Positions 38,056 to 48,988 of a DNA stretch of 64,000 nt are shown in pieces. How positions within the stretch are numbered: position 1 is the first letter of the stretch; each line of letters starts with the position of its first letter. The notes below the pieces were generated by a model. That model was not told the DNA's origin. It made no database searches and saw only the letters and a program-made list of their open reading frames with translations. The position numbers and the translations under genes were made by a program. Source of the stretch: a plasmid; assembly GCF_054482595.1 (NCBI RefSeq), contig NZ_JBTHVH010000004.1. One strand, written 5' to 3'.

Positions 38056-38234
38056 CGACGCACTTTGCGCCGAATAAATACCTGTGACGGAAGATCACTT
38101 CGCAGAATAAATAAATCCTGGTGTCCCTGTTGATACCGGGAAGCCCTGGGCCAACTTTTGGCGAAAATGAGACGTTGATCGGCACGTAAGAGGTTCCAAC
38201 TTTCACCATAATGAAATAAGATCACTACCGGGCG
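38056..38234. other. Tn9 remnant: catA1 upstream/promoter region without the cat gene
   Basis: 'CGACGCACTTTGCGCCGAATAAATACCTGTGACGGAAGATCACTTCGCAG...TTTCACCATAATGAAATAAGATCACTACCGGGCG' is the recalled sequence between IS1 and cat in Tn9/pACYC184-type DNA. Confidence 0.65.
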
Positions 38235-38793
38235 CTGAGAGATCCCCTCATAATTTCCCCAAAGCGTAACCATGTGTGAATAAATTTTGAGCTAGTAGGG
38301 TTGCAGCCACGAGTAAGTCTTCCCTTGTTATTGTGTAGCCAGAATGCCGCAAAACTTCCATGCCTAAGCGAACTGTTGAGAGTACGTTTCGATTTCTGAC
38401 TGTGTTAGCCTGGAAGTGCTTGTCCCAACCTTGTTTCTGAGCATGAACGCCCGCAAGCCAACATGTTAGTTGAAGCATCAGGGCGATTAGCAGCATGATA
38501 TCAAAACGCTCTGAGCTGCTCGTTCGGCTATGGCGTAGGCCTAGTCCGTAGGCAGGACTTTTCAAGTCTCGGAAGGTTTCTTCAATCTGCATTCGCTTCG
38601 AATAGATATTAACAAGTTGTTTGGGTGTTCGAATTTCAACAGGTAAGTTAGTTGCTAGAACCCATGGCTCCTTTGCCGACGCTGAGTAGATTTTAGGTGA
38701 CGGGTGGTGACAATGAGTCCGTGTCGAGCGCTGATTTTTTCGGCCTTTAGAGCGAGATTTATACAATAGAATTTGGCATGAGATTGGATTGCT
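38235..38793 (-). mobile_element. IS10 fragment (terminal about 560 bp, transposase C-terminus), truncated by IS26
   Basis: Starts with the IS10 end 'CTGAGAGATCCCCTCATAATTTCCCCAAAGCGTAACC'; the encoded C-terminal fragment ends '...LFTHGYALGKL'. Confidence 0.7.
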
Positions 38794-39613
38794 GGCACTG
38801 TTGCAAAGTTAGCGATGAGGCAGCCTTTTGTCTTATTCAAAGGCCTTACATTTCAAAAACTCTGCTTACCAGGCGCATTTCGCCCAGGGGATCACCATAA
38901 TAAAATGCTGAGGCCTGGCCTTTGCGTAGTGCACGCATCACCTCAATACCTTTGATGGTGGCGTAAGCCGTCTTCATGGATTTAAATCCCAGCGTGGCGC
39001 CGATTATCCGTTTCAGTTTGCCATGATCGCATTCAATCACGTTGTTCCGGTACTTAATCTGTCGGTGTTCAACGTCAGACGGGCACCGGCCTTCGCGTTT
39101 GAGCAGAGCAAGCGCGCGACCATAGGCGGGCGCTTTATCCGTGTTGATGAATCGCGGGATCTGCCACTTCTTCACGTTGTTGAGGATTTTACCCAGAAAC
39201 CGGTATGCAGCTTTGCTGTTACGACGGGAGGAGAGATAAAAATCGACAGTGCGGCCCCGGCTGTCGACGGCCCGGTACAGATACGCCCAGCGGCCATTGA
39301 CCTTCACGTAGGTTTCATCCATGTGCCACGGGCAAAGATCGGAAGGGTTACGCCAGTACCAGCGCAGCCGTTTTTCCATTTCAGGCGCATAACGCTGAAC
39401 CCAGCGGTAAATCGTGGAGTGATCGACATTCACTCCGCGTTCAGCCAGCATCTCCTGCAGCTCACGGTAACTGATGCCGTATTTGCAGTACCAGCGTACG
39501 GCCCACAGAATGATGTCACGCTGAAAATGCCGGCCTTTGAATGGGTTCATGTGCAGCTCCATCAGCAAAAGGGGATGATAAGTTTATCACCACCGACTAT
39601 TTGCAACAGTGCC
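38794..39613 (-). mobile_element. IS26 copy 2
   Basis: Identical terminal repeats and transposase; boundary set by the fixed 52/45-bp offsets from the tnp ORF; no target-site duplication. Confidence 0.95.
38846..39550 (-). CDS. tnpA: IS26 transposase
   Basis: Identical to copy 1. Confidence 0.95.
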   Translation of the reverse strand: MNPFKGRHFQRDIILWAVRWYCKYGISYRELQEMLAERGVNVDHSTIYRWVQRYAPEMEKRLRWYWRNPSDLCPWHMDETYVKVNGRWAYLYRAVDSRGRTVDFYLSSRRNSKAAYRFLGKILNNVKKWQIPRFINTDKAPAYGRALALLKREGRCPSDVEHRQIKYRNNVIECDHGKLKRIIGATLGFKSMKTAYATIKGIEVMRALRKGQASAFYYGDPLGEMRLVSRVFEM

Positions 39614-39664
39614 ACTTGACCTGATAGTTTGGCTGTGAGCAATTATGTGCTTAGTGCATCTAAC
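39614..39664 (-). other. Class 1 integron 3'-conserved-segment start (51 bp), truncated by IS26
   Basis: Reverse complement 'GTTAGATGCACTAAGCACATAATTGCTCACAGCCAAACTATCAGGTCAAGT' is the recalled beginning of the 3'-CS upstream of qacEdelta1. Confidence 0.6.
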
Positions 39665-39702
39665 GTCAAAATCAGCGGCGCGTTTTTATGCGTCCGCTGG
39701 AT

Positions 39703-40524
39703 TTACTTGTTGTGCGGCGTCGCAGACTCATTGAACAACCTTTTTGCCTGCGCAATTACAGTTCTCGGAAGCTCGATATTCAGAGGTTCTGTCACGCTCT
39801 TGAACAATTCGAGACTCCACGTCCACGTTTGATGATAGGCTGCACATAGTGCTCTTGGTTCTGCACTGCTTGTGCATGCCAGATAGCGATTATACGAGTC
39901 CTCCGAGATATCCTTTTCGAGCGCGCGTGAAGGTGTCGGCCAGTGGTCTGTTGCCCCTTCGTGGAGTCGAACCAGCTTGAGTAGGTTTTCATGTGCTTTG
40001 CTGAGCAAAGCCCAGGCGCGAGCGTACTCTCCCCGATTTAAAAGATTGGCCCCAAAGAGCATCAGGCTGATGAGGTTCAACACAAGCCCTTCCACCAGCG
40101 GCGCGCCTTCACGTATCGGGGGACCGCCCACGAGAGCGCTTGCGTACCTTGACAACTCTCCTGATCGGTCCAACAAAACAGCCGCCTCAAGCGAGGGAAA
40201 CCACCCATAGCCTTGCCAAGTGGAAATGACCGGTATGTCCGATTTTCGCATGAAATGGAATTCACCGCGAATGCCGTTTTCAAAAAGTGCGGTGTGGTGG
40301 CCGAAGTCGTCCGGAAAGTAAGCAGCAACCGGACTTACGGCATTAAGCCACGAGCGCTGATCGAAATTTTCAAAATGGTCATCCTGGATGAACACTGCGA
40401 ATTCGATATCAGAGAACTCGTCACCCTCTCCGATAGCAAATGAGCCGAACATCAATGCCGCGATTATTCGTGCATCCTCATGACAACCTTCCTTGAAGAG
40501 TTCGATCATTTTCAGTTGAAGCAT
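39703..40524 (-). CDS. lnu(F): Lincosamide nucleotidyltransferase Lnu(F)
   Basis: 273 aa 'MLQLKMIELFKEGCHEDARIIAALMFGSFAIGEGDEFSDIEFAVFIQDD...' matches recalled Lnu(F); second cassette position. Confidence 0.8.
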   Translation of the reverse strand: MLQLKMIELFKEGCHEDARIIAALMFGSFAIGEGDEFSDIEFAVFIQDDHFENFDQRSWLNAVSPVAAYFPDDFGHHTALFENGIRGEFHFMRKSDIPVISTWQGYGWFPSLEAAVLLDRSGELSRYASALVGGPPIREGAPLVEGLVLNLISLMLFGANLLNRGEYARAWALLSKAHENLLKLVRLHEGATDHWPTPSRALEKDISEDSYNRYLACTSSAEPRALCAAYHQTWTWSLELFKSVTEPLNIELPRTVIAQAKRLFNESATPHNK

Positions 40525-40589
40525 AGAAATATCCTTTTATTGAAGCCACAGATTATGAGGAAAGGTATACGCAGATTTTTGTTTTTTTT

Positions 40590-40655
40590 CGTCAGCACAA
40601 CGCCGGAGTTAAGCCGCCGCGCGTAGCGCGGTCGGCTTGAACGAATTGTTAGACA
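40590..40655 (-). other. attC (59-base element) of the aadA2 cassette (approximate)
   Basis: Imperfect palindromic region 'GTCTAACAATTCGTTCAAGCCGACCGCGCTACGCGCGGCGGCTTAACTCCGGCGTT' between the aadA2 stop and lnu(F). Confidence 0.5.
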
Positions 40656-41447
40656 TTATTTGCCGATTACCTTGGTGATCTCGCCTTTCACGTAGTGGAC
40701 AAATTCTTCCAACTGATCTGCGCGCGAGGCCAAGCGATCTTCTTCTTGTCCAAGATAAGCCTGTCTAGCTTCAAGTATGACGGGCTGATACTGGGCCGGC
40801 AGGCGCTCCATTGCCCAGTCGGCAGCGACATCCTTCGGCGCGATTTTGCCGGTTACTGCGCTGTACCAAATGCGGGACAACGTAAGCACTACATTTCGCT
40901 CATCGCCAGCCCAGTCGGGCGGCGAGTTCCATAGCGTTAAGGTTTCATTTAGCGCCTCAAATAGATCCTGTTCAGGAACCGGATCAAAGAGTTCCTCCGC
41001 CGCTGGACCTACCAAGGCAACGCTATGTTCTCTTGCTTTTGTCAGCAAGATAGCCAGATCAATGTCGATCGTGGCTGGCTCGAAGATACCTGCAAGAATG
41101 TCATTGCGCTGCCATTCTCCAAATTGCAGTTCGCGCTTAGCTGGATAACGCCACGGAATGATGTCGTCGTGCACAACAATGGTGACTTCTACAGCGCGGA
41201 GAATCTCGCTCTCTCCAGGGGAAGCCGAAGTTTCCAAAAGGTCGTTGATCAAAGCTCGCCGCGTTGTTTCATCAAGCCTTACGGTCACCGTAACCAGCAA
41301 ATCAATATCGCTGTATGGCTTCAGGCCGCCATCCACTGCGGAGCCGTACAAATGCACGGCCAGCAACGTTGATTCCAGATGGCGCTCAATGACGCTTAGC
41401 ACCTCTGATAGTTGGTTCGAAATTTCGATGGTCACCGCTACCCTCAT
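40656..41447 (-). CDS. aadA2: Aminoglycoside 3''-adenylyltransferase AadA2
   Basis: 'MRVAVTIEISNQLSEVLSVIERHLESTLLAVHLYGSAVDGGLKPYSDIDLL...'; preceded by the 5'-CS sequence '...AAAACAAAGTTAGACATCATGAGGGTAGCGGTGAC'. Confidence 0.9.
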   Translation of the reverse strand: MRVAVTIEISNQLSEVLSVIERHLESTLLAVHLYGSAVDGGLKPYSDIDLLVTVTVRLDETTRRALINDLLETSASPGESEILRAVEVTIVVHDDIIPWRYPAKRELQFGEWQRNDILAGIFEPATIDIDLAILLTKAREHSVALVGPAAEELFDPVPEQDLFEALNETLTLWNSPPDWAGDERNVVLTLSRIWYSAVTGKIAPKDVAADWAMERLPAQYQPVILEARQAYLGQEEDRLASRADQLEEFVHYVKGEITKVIGK

Positions 41448-41595
41448 GATGTCTAACTTTGTTTTAGGGCGACTGCCCTGCTGCGTAACATCGTTGCTGC
41501 TCCATAACATCAAACATCGACCCACGGCGTAACGCGCTTGCTGCTTGGATGCCCGAGGCATAGACTGTACCCCAAAAAAACAGTCATAACAAGCC

Positions 41596-41716
41596 ATGAA
41601 AACCGCCACTGCGCCGTTACCACCGCTGCGTTCGGTCAAGGTTCTGGACCAGTTGCGTGAGCGCATACGCTACTTGCATTACAGCTTACGAACCGAACAG
41701 GCTTATGTCCACTGGG
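41596..41716 (+). pseudogene. intI1: intI1 truncated after about 40 codons by IS26
   Basis: '[40 protein letters not shown]' then the IS26 inverted repeat. Confidence 0.85.
41683..41711 (-). promoter_or_regulatory. Integron cassette promoter Pc (weak variant: -35 TGGACA, -10 TAAGCT, 17-bp spacer)
   Basis: Reverse complement reads 'TGGACATAAGCCTGTTCGGTTCGTAAGCT'; the -35 lies 5 bp from the IS26 end. Confidence 0.65.
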
Positions 41717-42536
41717 GGCACTGTTGCAAATAGTCGGTGGTGATAAACTTATCATCCCCTTTTGCTGATGGAGCTGCACATGAACCCATTCAAAGGCCGG
41801 CATTTTCAGCGTGACATCATTCTGTGGGCCGTACGCTGGTACTGCAAATACGGCATCAGTTACCGTGAGCTGCAGGAGATGCTGGCTGAACGCGGAGTGA
41901 ATGTCGATCACTCCACGATTTACCGCTGGGTTCAGCGTTATGCGCCTGAAATGGAAAAACGGCTGCGCTGGTACTGGCGTAACCCTTCCGATCTTTGCCC
42001 GTGGCACATGGATGAAACCTACGTGAAGGTCAATGGCCGCTGGGCGTATCTGTACCGGGCCGTCGACAGCCGGGGCCGCACTGTCGATTTTTATCTCTCC
42101 TCCCGTCGTAACAGCAAAGCTGCATACCGGTTTCTGGGTAAAATCCTCAACAACGTGAAGAAGTGGCAGATCCCGCGATTCATCAACACGGATAAAGCGC
42201 CCGCCTATGGTCGCGCGCTTGCTCTGCTCAAACGCGAAGGCCGGTGCCCGTCTGACGTTGAACACCGACAGATTAAGTACCGGAACAACGTGATTGAATG
42301 CGATCATGGCAAACTGAAACGGATAATCGGCGCCACGCTGGGATTTAAATCCATGAAGACGGCTTACGCCACCATCAAAGGTATTGAGGTGATGCGTGCA
42401 CTACGCAAAGGCCAGGCCTCAGCATTTTATTATGGTGATCCCCTGGGCGAAATGCGCCTGGTAAGCAGAGTTTTTGAAATGTAAGGCCTTTGAATAAGAC
42501 AAAAGGCTGCCTCATCGCTAACTTTGCAACAGTGCC
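41717..42536 (+). mobile_element. IS26 copy 3
   Basis: Terminal repeats at both ends; opposite orientation to copies 1 and 2. Confidence 0.95.
41780..42484 (+). CDS. tnpA: IS26 transposase
   Basis: Identical to the other copies. Confidence 0.95.
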   Translation: MNPFKGRHFQRDIILWAVRWYCKYGISYRELQEMLAERGVNVDHSTIYRWVQRYAPEMEKRLRWYWRNPSDLCPWHMDETYVKVNGRWAYLYRAVDSRGRTVDFYLSSRRNSKAAYRFLGKILNNVKKWQIPRFINTDKAPAYGRALALLKREGRCPSDVEHRQIKYRNNVIECDHGKLKRIIGATLGFKSMKTAYATIKGIEVMRALRKGQASAFYYGDPLGEMRLVSRVFEM

Positions 42537-42964
42537 GTAAAGGCGGCCTTATCCACCATTTCCCGAACAAGCAGGCGCTAATATTCGCCCTGTTCGCGCG
42601 TCTGCTGGCAATCATGGAAGAAGCGATTACCGCGCTGATGCAACAGGATGGCGTGAGCTATGGCCGGTTTACCCGCGCCTATCTGAACTATCTGGCGGAT
42701 CTCACGGACACCCATGAAAGCCGCCAGCTTATGGTTTTGTCGCTGGCAATGCCCGATGAACCGGTGCTGCGCAAATGCTGGCGCGACTGGATGCTGGAGA
42801 AACTGGCGCAGGGCGATGAGCTGGATAACAGCCCAACCGGCACGCTGGTGCGCTACGCCGCTGACGGCATCTGGCTTTCGGAGTTGACGGAAGGGATCAC
42901 CATGAGCGCCGACCACCGTCGCGCGCTGGTTGACTCCCTGAATAAAATGACGCTTCCCGCGTGA
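42537..42964 (+). pseudogene. 5'-truncated TetR-family regulator gene (C-terminal ligand-binding part only)
   Basis: The reading frame continues from inside the IS26 end; no N-terminal HTH remains. Confidence 0.5.
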
Positions 42965-42983
42965 AGCACAGACTGAGGCCGCG

Positions 42984-43772
42984 ATGCGCTACAACATCAA
43001 TGCCCGTTTTATCTACGACGCCACCGACGGAACCCTGACGCTGCCGCAAAGCGATGAACCGGACAGCCAGCTATCCCTCACCGCCAGCGCCCTGTTTAAC
43101 TATTTTCTGCGCCATACCGAGATTGTCAGCCGGGAAGATGTTCTGAAAAAAGTCTGGGATGACAATGGATTAACCTCATCCAACAGCAATCTGAATCAGT
43201 ATCTCAGCATGCTGCGGAAGACCTTTCGCCATTACGGCGTCGATAACATCATCGTCACCGTCTCGCGCGGCTATTTGCAGCTTAATCCCGAGGTCATTAT
43301 CGAAGCGCTGGACGACGCGCCGCCGGTTTCACCACAACAGACGCCTGCCGAACCGCCGCCCGTTACGACAACGCCAGACGCACCGCGCTCCGCACATGCT
43401 CGCGGGATGTGCTGGTACATGGCCGGAGCCTGCTTGCTCACCATTGCCCTGCTTCTGGTTGCCTTCAGTCTGGTCGGCATCAGTGAATCCCAGCCTATCG
43501 CGCTGACCCGCCTCAGCCATAGCCAGTGCGAACTGCTGGCCAGCGATGAAATGCGACGTTCGGTCAGTGAAGAGTCCTACGGCAAAAACTTCGATGAGGT
43601 ACGCCAGCGGCTGAATATTGCCTGTAAACCCGGTGAACGTTTTCTTTTCTTCTACGGCGATCGGCTCGAAACCAACGGGCTGGGGCGCGTGTTCCTTGCC
43701 CACTGCGCCATGCATGAAGATAACCCGTTCAGCTATTGCGATAACTACTTTTACTACTCCTGGAAGCCGTAA
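42984..43772 (+). CDS. Membrane-anchored winged-helix (CadC/OmpR-like) transcriptional regulator
   Basis: N-terminal DNA-binding-like domain, Pro-rich linker and one hydrophobic segment ('MCWYMAGACLLTIALLLVAF'). Confidence 0.5.
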   Translation: MRYNINARFIYDATDGTLTLPQSDEPDSQLSLTASALFNYFLRHTEIVSREDVLKKVWDDNGLTSSNSNLNQYLSMLRKTFRHYGVDNIIVTVSRGYLQLNPEVIIEALDDAPPVSPQQTPAEPPPVTTTPDAPRSAHARGMCWYMAGACLLTIALLLVAFSLVGISESQPIALTRLSHSQCELLASDEMRRSVSEESYGKNFDEVRQRLNIACKPGERFLFFYGDRLETNGLGRVFLAHCAMHEDNPFSYCDNYFYYSWKP

Positions 43773-44290
43773 TGAGACTCGCGCCGCGTCCGTTCTTTGC
43801 CCTCTGCGTTCTGGTATTTATTGCCGCCGCCGCGTTTAGCGCCTGGCGGCTGCTGCCTGCCGACAACGCGGGTGTCATGAGCTGTTCCACTAAGGGCATC
43901 ATGCGCTTTGAGAACATGGACAAAGAGAACGTTAACGGCAATATTCACTTCAATTTTGGCGCGCAGGGTAAAGGCTCGATGGTGGTCGAAGGTTACACCG
44001 ACTCCGCCGCCGGCTGGCTCTACCTGCAACGCTACGTGAAGTTTACCTACAGCAGCAAACGCATCTCGGCCACCGAGCGTCATTACCGCATCAATCAGTG
44101 GGAATCGAGCGCCTCCTCGATTGATGAATCGCCGAACGTGATTTTCGACTACTTTATGCGCGAGATGTCCGACAGCCACGACGGGCTGTTTCTCAACGCT
44201 CAGAAGCTCAACGAAAAGGCTATCTTGCTCAGCTCTATCAATTCACCGCTGTGGATCTGCACGTTGAAATCCGGCAGTAAGCTGAACTAA
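43772..44290 (+). CDS. Hypothetical exported/membrane protein (172 aa)
   Basis: ORF with an N-terminal hydrophobic segment; start overlaps the upstream stop. Confidence 0.45.
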   Translation: MRLAPRPFFALCVLVFIAAAAFSAWRLLPADNAGVMSCSTKGIMRFENMDKENVNGNIHFNFGAQGKGSMVVEGYTDSAAGWLYLQRYVKFTYSSKRISATERHYRINQWESSASSIDESPNVIFDYFMREMSDSHDGLFLNAQKLNEKAILLSSINSPLWICTLKSGSKLN

Positions 44291-44294
44291 CCCG

Positions 44295-44711
44295 TCAATC
44301 AAAAAAGACCATCCCCTTGTAGGGGCGTTCGCGACAGGCGGCCAGCCGCTGCGCCAGATTCCCCACATGCAGCTCCAGCTTATGGCCGTCAGGGTCGAGA
44401 AAATAGTAAGACGCCCCTTCACTGCGGTTATCTTTCCATACCTCAGCCCCCGCCTGCGCCAGCAGAGCCACCACCCCGGCAAACTCTTCTTCCGCCACGC
44501 TGAAGGCGTAGTGGGTATAGTCGCTTTCCTGAGGGGGCGTTTTACGCCGCTGCTCATCCAGCGACAAGCACAGCCACAGCGCCCCACAGGAGAGATAGGC
44601 TCCGCTATCCCAGCTGGCGTGCAGGCGCATTCCAGGTAACTGCTGATAAAATGCCAGGCTTGACGCCAGATCGCTGACCGCCAGCGTCAGATGATTCAAT
44701 CCCTGCAGCAT
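44295..44711 (-). CDS. fosA3: Fosfomycin thiol transferase FosA3
   Basis: 138 aa '[54 protein letters not shown]...' matches recalled FosA3; ATG at 44711. Confidence 0.9.
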   Translation of the reverse strand: MLQGLNHLTLAVSDLASSLAFYQQLPGMRLHASWDSGAYLSCGALWLCLSLDEQRRKTPPQESDYTHYAFSVAEEEFAGVVALLAQAGAEVWKDNRSEGASYYFLDPDGHKLELHVGNLAQRLAACRERPYKGMVFFD

Positions 44712-45033
44712 GACTTTTCCTCCCGTTATCAAACCCTGTTGTAAACTGTGATCGGCGACGCATCCCCTCCCGGCCTCACCTCATCACCGGCTAAAAAGCG
44801 CATTTTTTGCGTTTAGCCTGCCATCGGAAACCTGCGCCTCGCCACACTAATCCCCGCTCTATGTTACCCCTTTTTTGAAATCATTTAGCAATCCAATAAC
44901 ATTTCATCCCCCCGGAAAAAGCGGGCTAAAAATCGCCTTATTGAAGACCAAATCAGCACCGACATTACAGCATAAAGACATAAATAAACGCCCTAAAAAG
45001 ACTAAATCACAGAGCTATATCCTAAATAATTAC

Positions 45034-46594
<1,561 letters not shown>

Positions 46595-46703
46595 CTGTCA
46601 GACCAAGTTTACTCATATATACTTTAGATTGATTTAAAACTTCATTTTTAATTTAAAAGGATCTAGGTGAAGATCCTTTTTGATAATCTCATGACCAAAA
46701 TCC

Positions 46704-46741
46704 CTTAACGTGAGTTTTCGTTCCACTGAGCGTCAGACCCC
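46704..46741. repeat. Tn2/Tn3 38-bp terminal inverted repeat
   Basis: 'CTTAACGTGAGTTTTCGTTCCACTGAGCGTCAGACCCC' downstream of blaTEM. Confidence 0.85.
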
Positions 46742-47355
46742 GTATATCGCTTGCTGATTACGTGCAGCTTTCCCTTCAGGCGGGATTCATACAGCGGCCA
46801 GCCATCCGTCATCCATATCACCACGTCAAAGGGTGACAGCAGGCTCAGAAGACGCTCCAGTGTGGCCAGAGTGCGTTCACCGAAAACGTGCGCCACAACT
46901 GTCCTCCGTATCCTGTCATACGCGTAAAACAGCCAGCGCTGACGTGATTTAGCACCGACGTAGCCCCACTGTTCGTCCATTTCAGCGCAGACAATCACAT
47001 CACTGCCCGGTTGTATGCGCGAGGTTACCGACTGCGGCCTGAGTTTTTTAAGTGACGTAAAACCGTGTTGAGGCCAACGCCCATAATGCGGGCAGTTGCC
47101 CGGCATCCAACGCCATTCATGGCCATATCAATGATTTTCTGGTGCGTACCGGGTTGAGAAGCGGTGTAAGTGAACTGCAGTTGCCATGTTTTACGGCAGT
47201 GAGAGCAGAGATAGCGCTGGTGTCCGGCAGTGCTTTTGCCGTTACGCACCACCCCGTCAGTAGCTGAACAGGAGGGACAGCTGATAGAAACAGAAGCCAC
47301 TGGAGCACCTCAAAAACACCATCATACACTAAATCAGTAAGTTGGCAGCATCACC
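46742..47355 (-). mobile_element. IS1, truncated (about 614 bp; insA intact, insB 3'-truncated)
   Basis: Matches the full IS1 at 37288..38055 from an internal point to the insA-proximal end '...GTTGGCAGCATCACC'; abuts the Tn2 IR. Confidence 0.85.
47025..47300 (-). CDS. insA: IS1 InsA
   Basis: Near-identical to insA at 37725..38000. Confidence 0.85.
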   Translation of the reverse strand: MASVSISCPSCSATDGVVRNGKSTAGHQRYLCSHCRKTWQLQFTYTASQPGTHQKIIDMAMNGVGCRATARIMGVGLNTVLRHLKNSGRSR

Positions 47356-47401
47356 CGATGCAGCTTTCGTCAATCATGACAGTTATGAGTTTTCCGGTTA
47401 C

Positions 47402-47725
47402 TTATCCATTTTTGCCAGCGTGTTCCGCAACATCTGTTTTACTGTTTACACAGCACTCTTCACGTAAGAATTCGATGATAGCTTCCAGTATTTCGTATTG
47501 AGAGACACACATGAGCGTTCGACTCTCCCGGTTTTGTGTGACGAGCCCTACTGATACCAGGGCTGAAATATGATGACTTAACGTTGATGAGGGAATGCCA
47601 AGCTGCTTTTGCAATTCACCTACAGGCAAACCTTGTTCTCCAGCTTTTACAAGATGTTTGAATATGAACAAACGGGTCGGGTGACCCAGCTCTTTTAGTG
47701 CTTTAGCTACTTCTTCCAGTTGCAT
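47402..47725 (-). CDS. ArsR/SmtB-family metalloregulatory transcriptional repressor
   Basis: 107 aa with HTH 'LPVGELQKQLGIPSSTLSHHISAL' and C-terminal Cys pair 'ECCVN'. Confidence 0.7.
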   Translation of the reverse strand: MQLEEVAKALKELGHPTRLFIFKHLVKAGEQGLPVGELQKQLGIPSSTLSHHISALVSVGLVTQNRESRTLMCVSQYEILEAIIEFLREECCVNSKTDVAEHAGKNG

Positions 47726-47830
47726 GTGACAACCCTCTGTCTAATGATATTTCGATAATACCAGAAATATCTTGACCAGAATTATATTTCGATTATTCTA
47801 GAAACGTAGATTTTGTCAAGAGGGTTTAGT

Positions 47831-48964
47831 ATGAATAGTTGGATTTCTATGCTGCAAGATGCCGCAGAGATGTTTTTGTTTTTGGCCGTCGAGCTATCTT
47901 TGCTGTTTATTGTCATCAGTGCCGGTGTGAGCCTGATAAGGCAAAAGGTCCCGGACCATAAAATCCAGCAATTGATAGGGGCGAAAAAAGGAAAAGGCTA
48001 CCTGCTGGCCTCGTTGTTGGGAGCCGTTACCCCTTTCTGTAGTTGCTCAACAATTCCAATGCTACGAGGGTTGTTGTCGGCGAAAGCAGGGTTTGGTCCG
48101 ACACTCACTTTTTTGTTTGTTTCACCGTTGCTTAATCCCATTATCGTGGGGTTAATGTGGGTTACCTTTGGCTGGAAAGTAACTTTGTTGTACGCGATCA
48201 TCGCTGCCGGTGTCTCAGTCCTTGCCAGTATCGTATTGGATTTACTAGGATTTGAACGTCATATTGTTGATCACAAAAACTCAGCATCAAGTGGTTGCAC
48301 CACGAAATGCGATGATTCCGAAGCTTCGGTAAAAACGTCGGCGGGTTCCAGTTGTTGCAGCACTAGCTCGACTCAATTGCCTTTAAAAACGAGTTGCTGT
48401 ACTTCATCAGCGAACCCCATAATTAACTTAAGGACGGTAAAGAACGAGCAGAACGTATCAGCGTGTTGTTCATCAATATCATCTGAACAACCAGCTGTTA
48501 GCTGTTGCAGCAGCGAGAATCTGGGCAATGTGAATCTCACAACGAATACCACCTCTGGCCCAATAAAGTTAGCTATGAAAGATGCCTTACAGCAGTTTAA
48601 GGATGTTCTGCCTTATCTTTTGTTAAGTGTATTAATAGGTTCATTTATTTATGGCTTTATCCCTTCAGAGTGGATTGCAGCTCATGCCGGAGCAGATAAT
48701 CCCTTAGCCATACCGCTGAGTGCAGTTGTTGGTATTCCGTTGTATATCCGCGCAGAGGCAGTGATACCACTTGCATCAGTGCTGATGACTAAAGGAATGG
48801 GCCTGGGGGCATTAATGGCCTTGATAATCGGTAGTGCTGGAGCGAGTTTGACAGAAGTAATACTGCTTAAATCAATGTTCAGAATGCCTATGATAGTCGC
48901 TTTTCTGACAGTAATCCTGGGTATGGCCATACTTATGGGGTATCTGACCCAATTGCTTTTTTAA
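47831..48964 (+). CDS. Permease with conserved 'TPFCSCS' motif (ArsP-like) and Cys/Ser-rich central loop
   Basis: Multi-TM protein; 'VTPFCSCSTIP' motif; divergent from the arsR-like gene; ATG at 47831 preferred over TTG at 47813. Confidence 0.6.
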   Translation: MNSWISMLQDAAEMFLFLAVELSLLFIVISAGVSLIRQKVPDHKIQQLIGAKKGKGYLLASLLGAVTPFCSCSTIPMLRGLLSAKAGFGPTLTFLFVSPLLNPIIVGLMWVTFGWKVTLLYAIIAAGVSVLASIVLDLLGFERHIVDHKNSASSGCTTKCDDSEASVKTSAGSSCCSTSSTQLPLKTSCCTSSANPIINLRTVKNEQNVSACCSSISSEQPAVSCCSSENLGNVNLTTNTTSGPIKLAMKDALQQFKDVLPYLLLSVLIGSFIYGFIPSEWIAAHAGADNPLAIPLSAVVGIPLYIRAEAVIPLASVLMTKGMGLGALMALIIGSAGASLTEVILLKSMFRMPMIVAFLTVILGMAILMGYLTQLLF

Positions 48965-48988
48965 TAATAATAGTAAGGGTCTTCTGGT

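Noticed and set aside
38056-38234. Cloning-vector contamination suggested by the cat promoter sequence
   Set aside because: The segment is contiguous with a complete IS1 exactly as in natural Tn9 and is embedded in an IS26/IS10 mosaic; a natural Tn9 relic is the simpler explanation.
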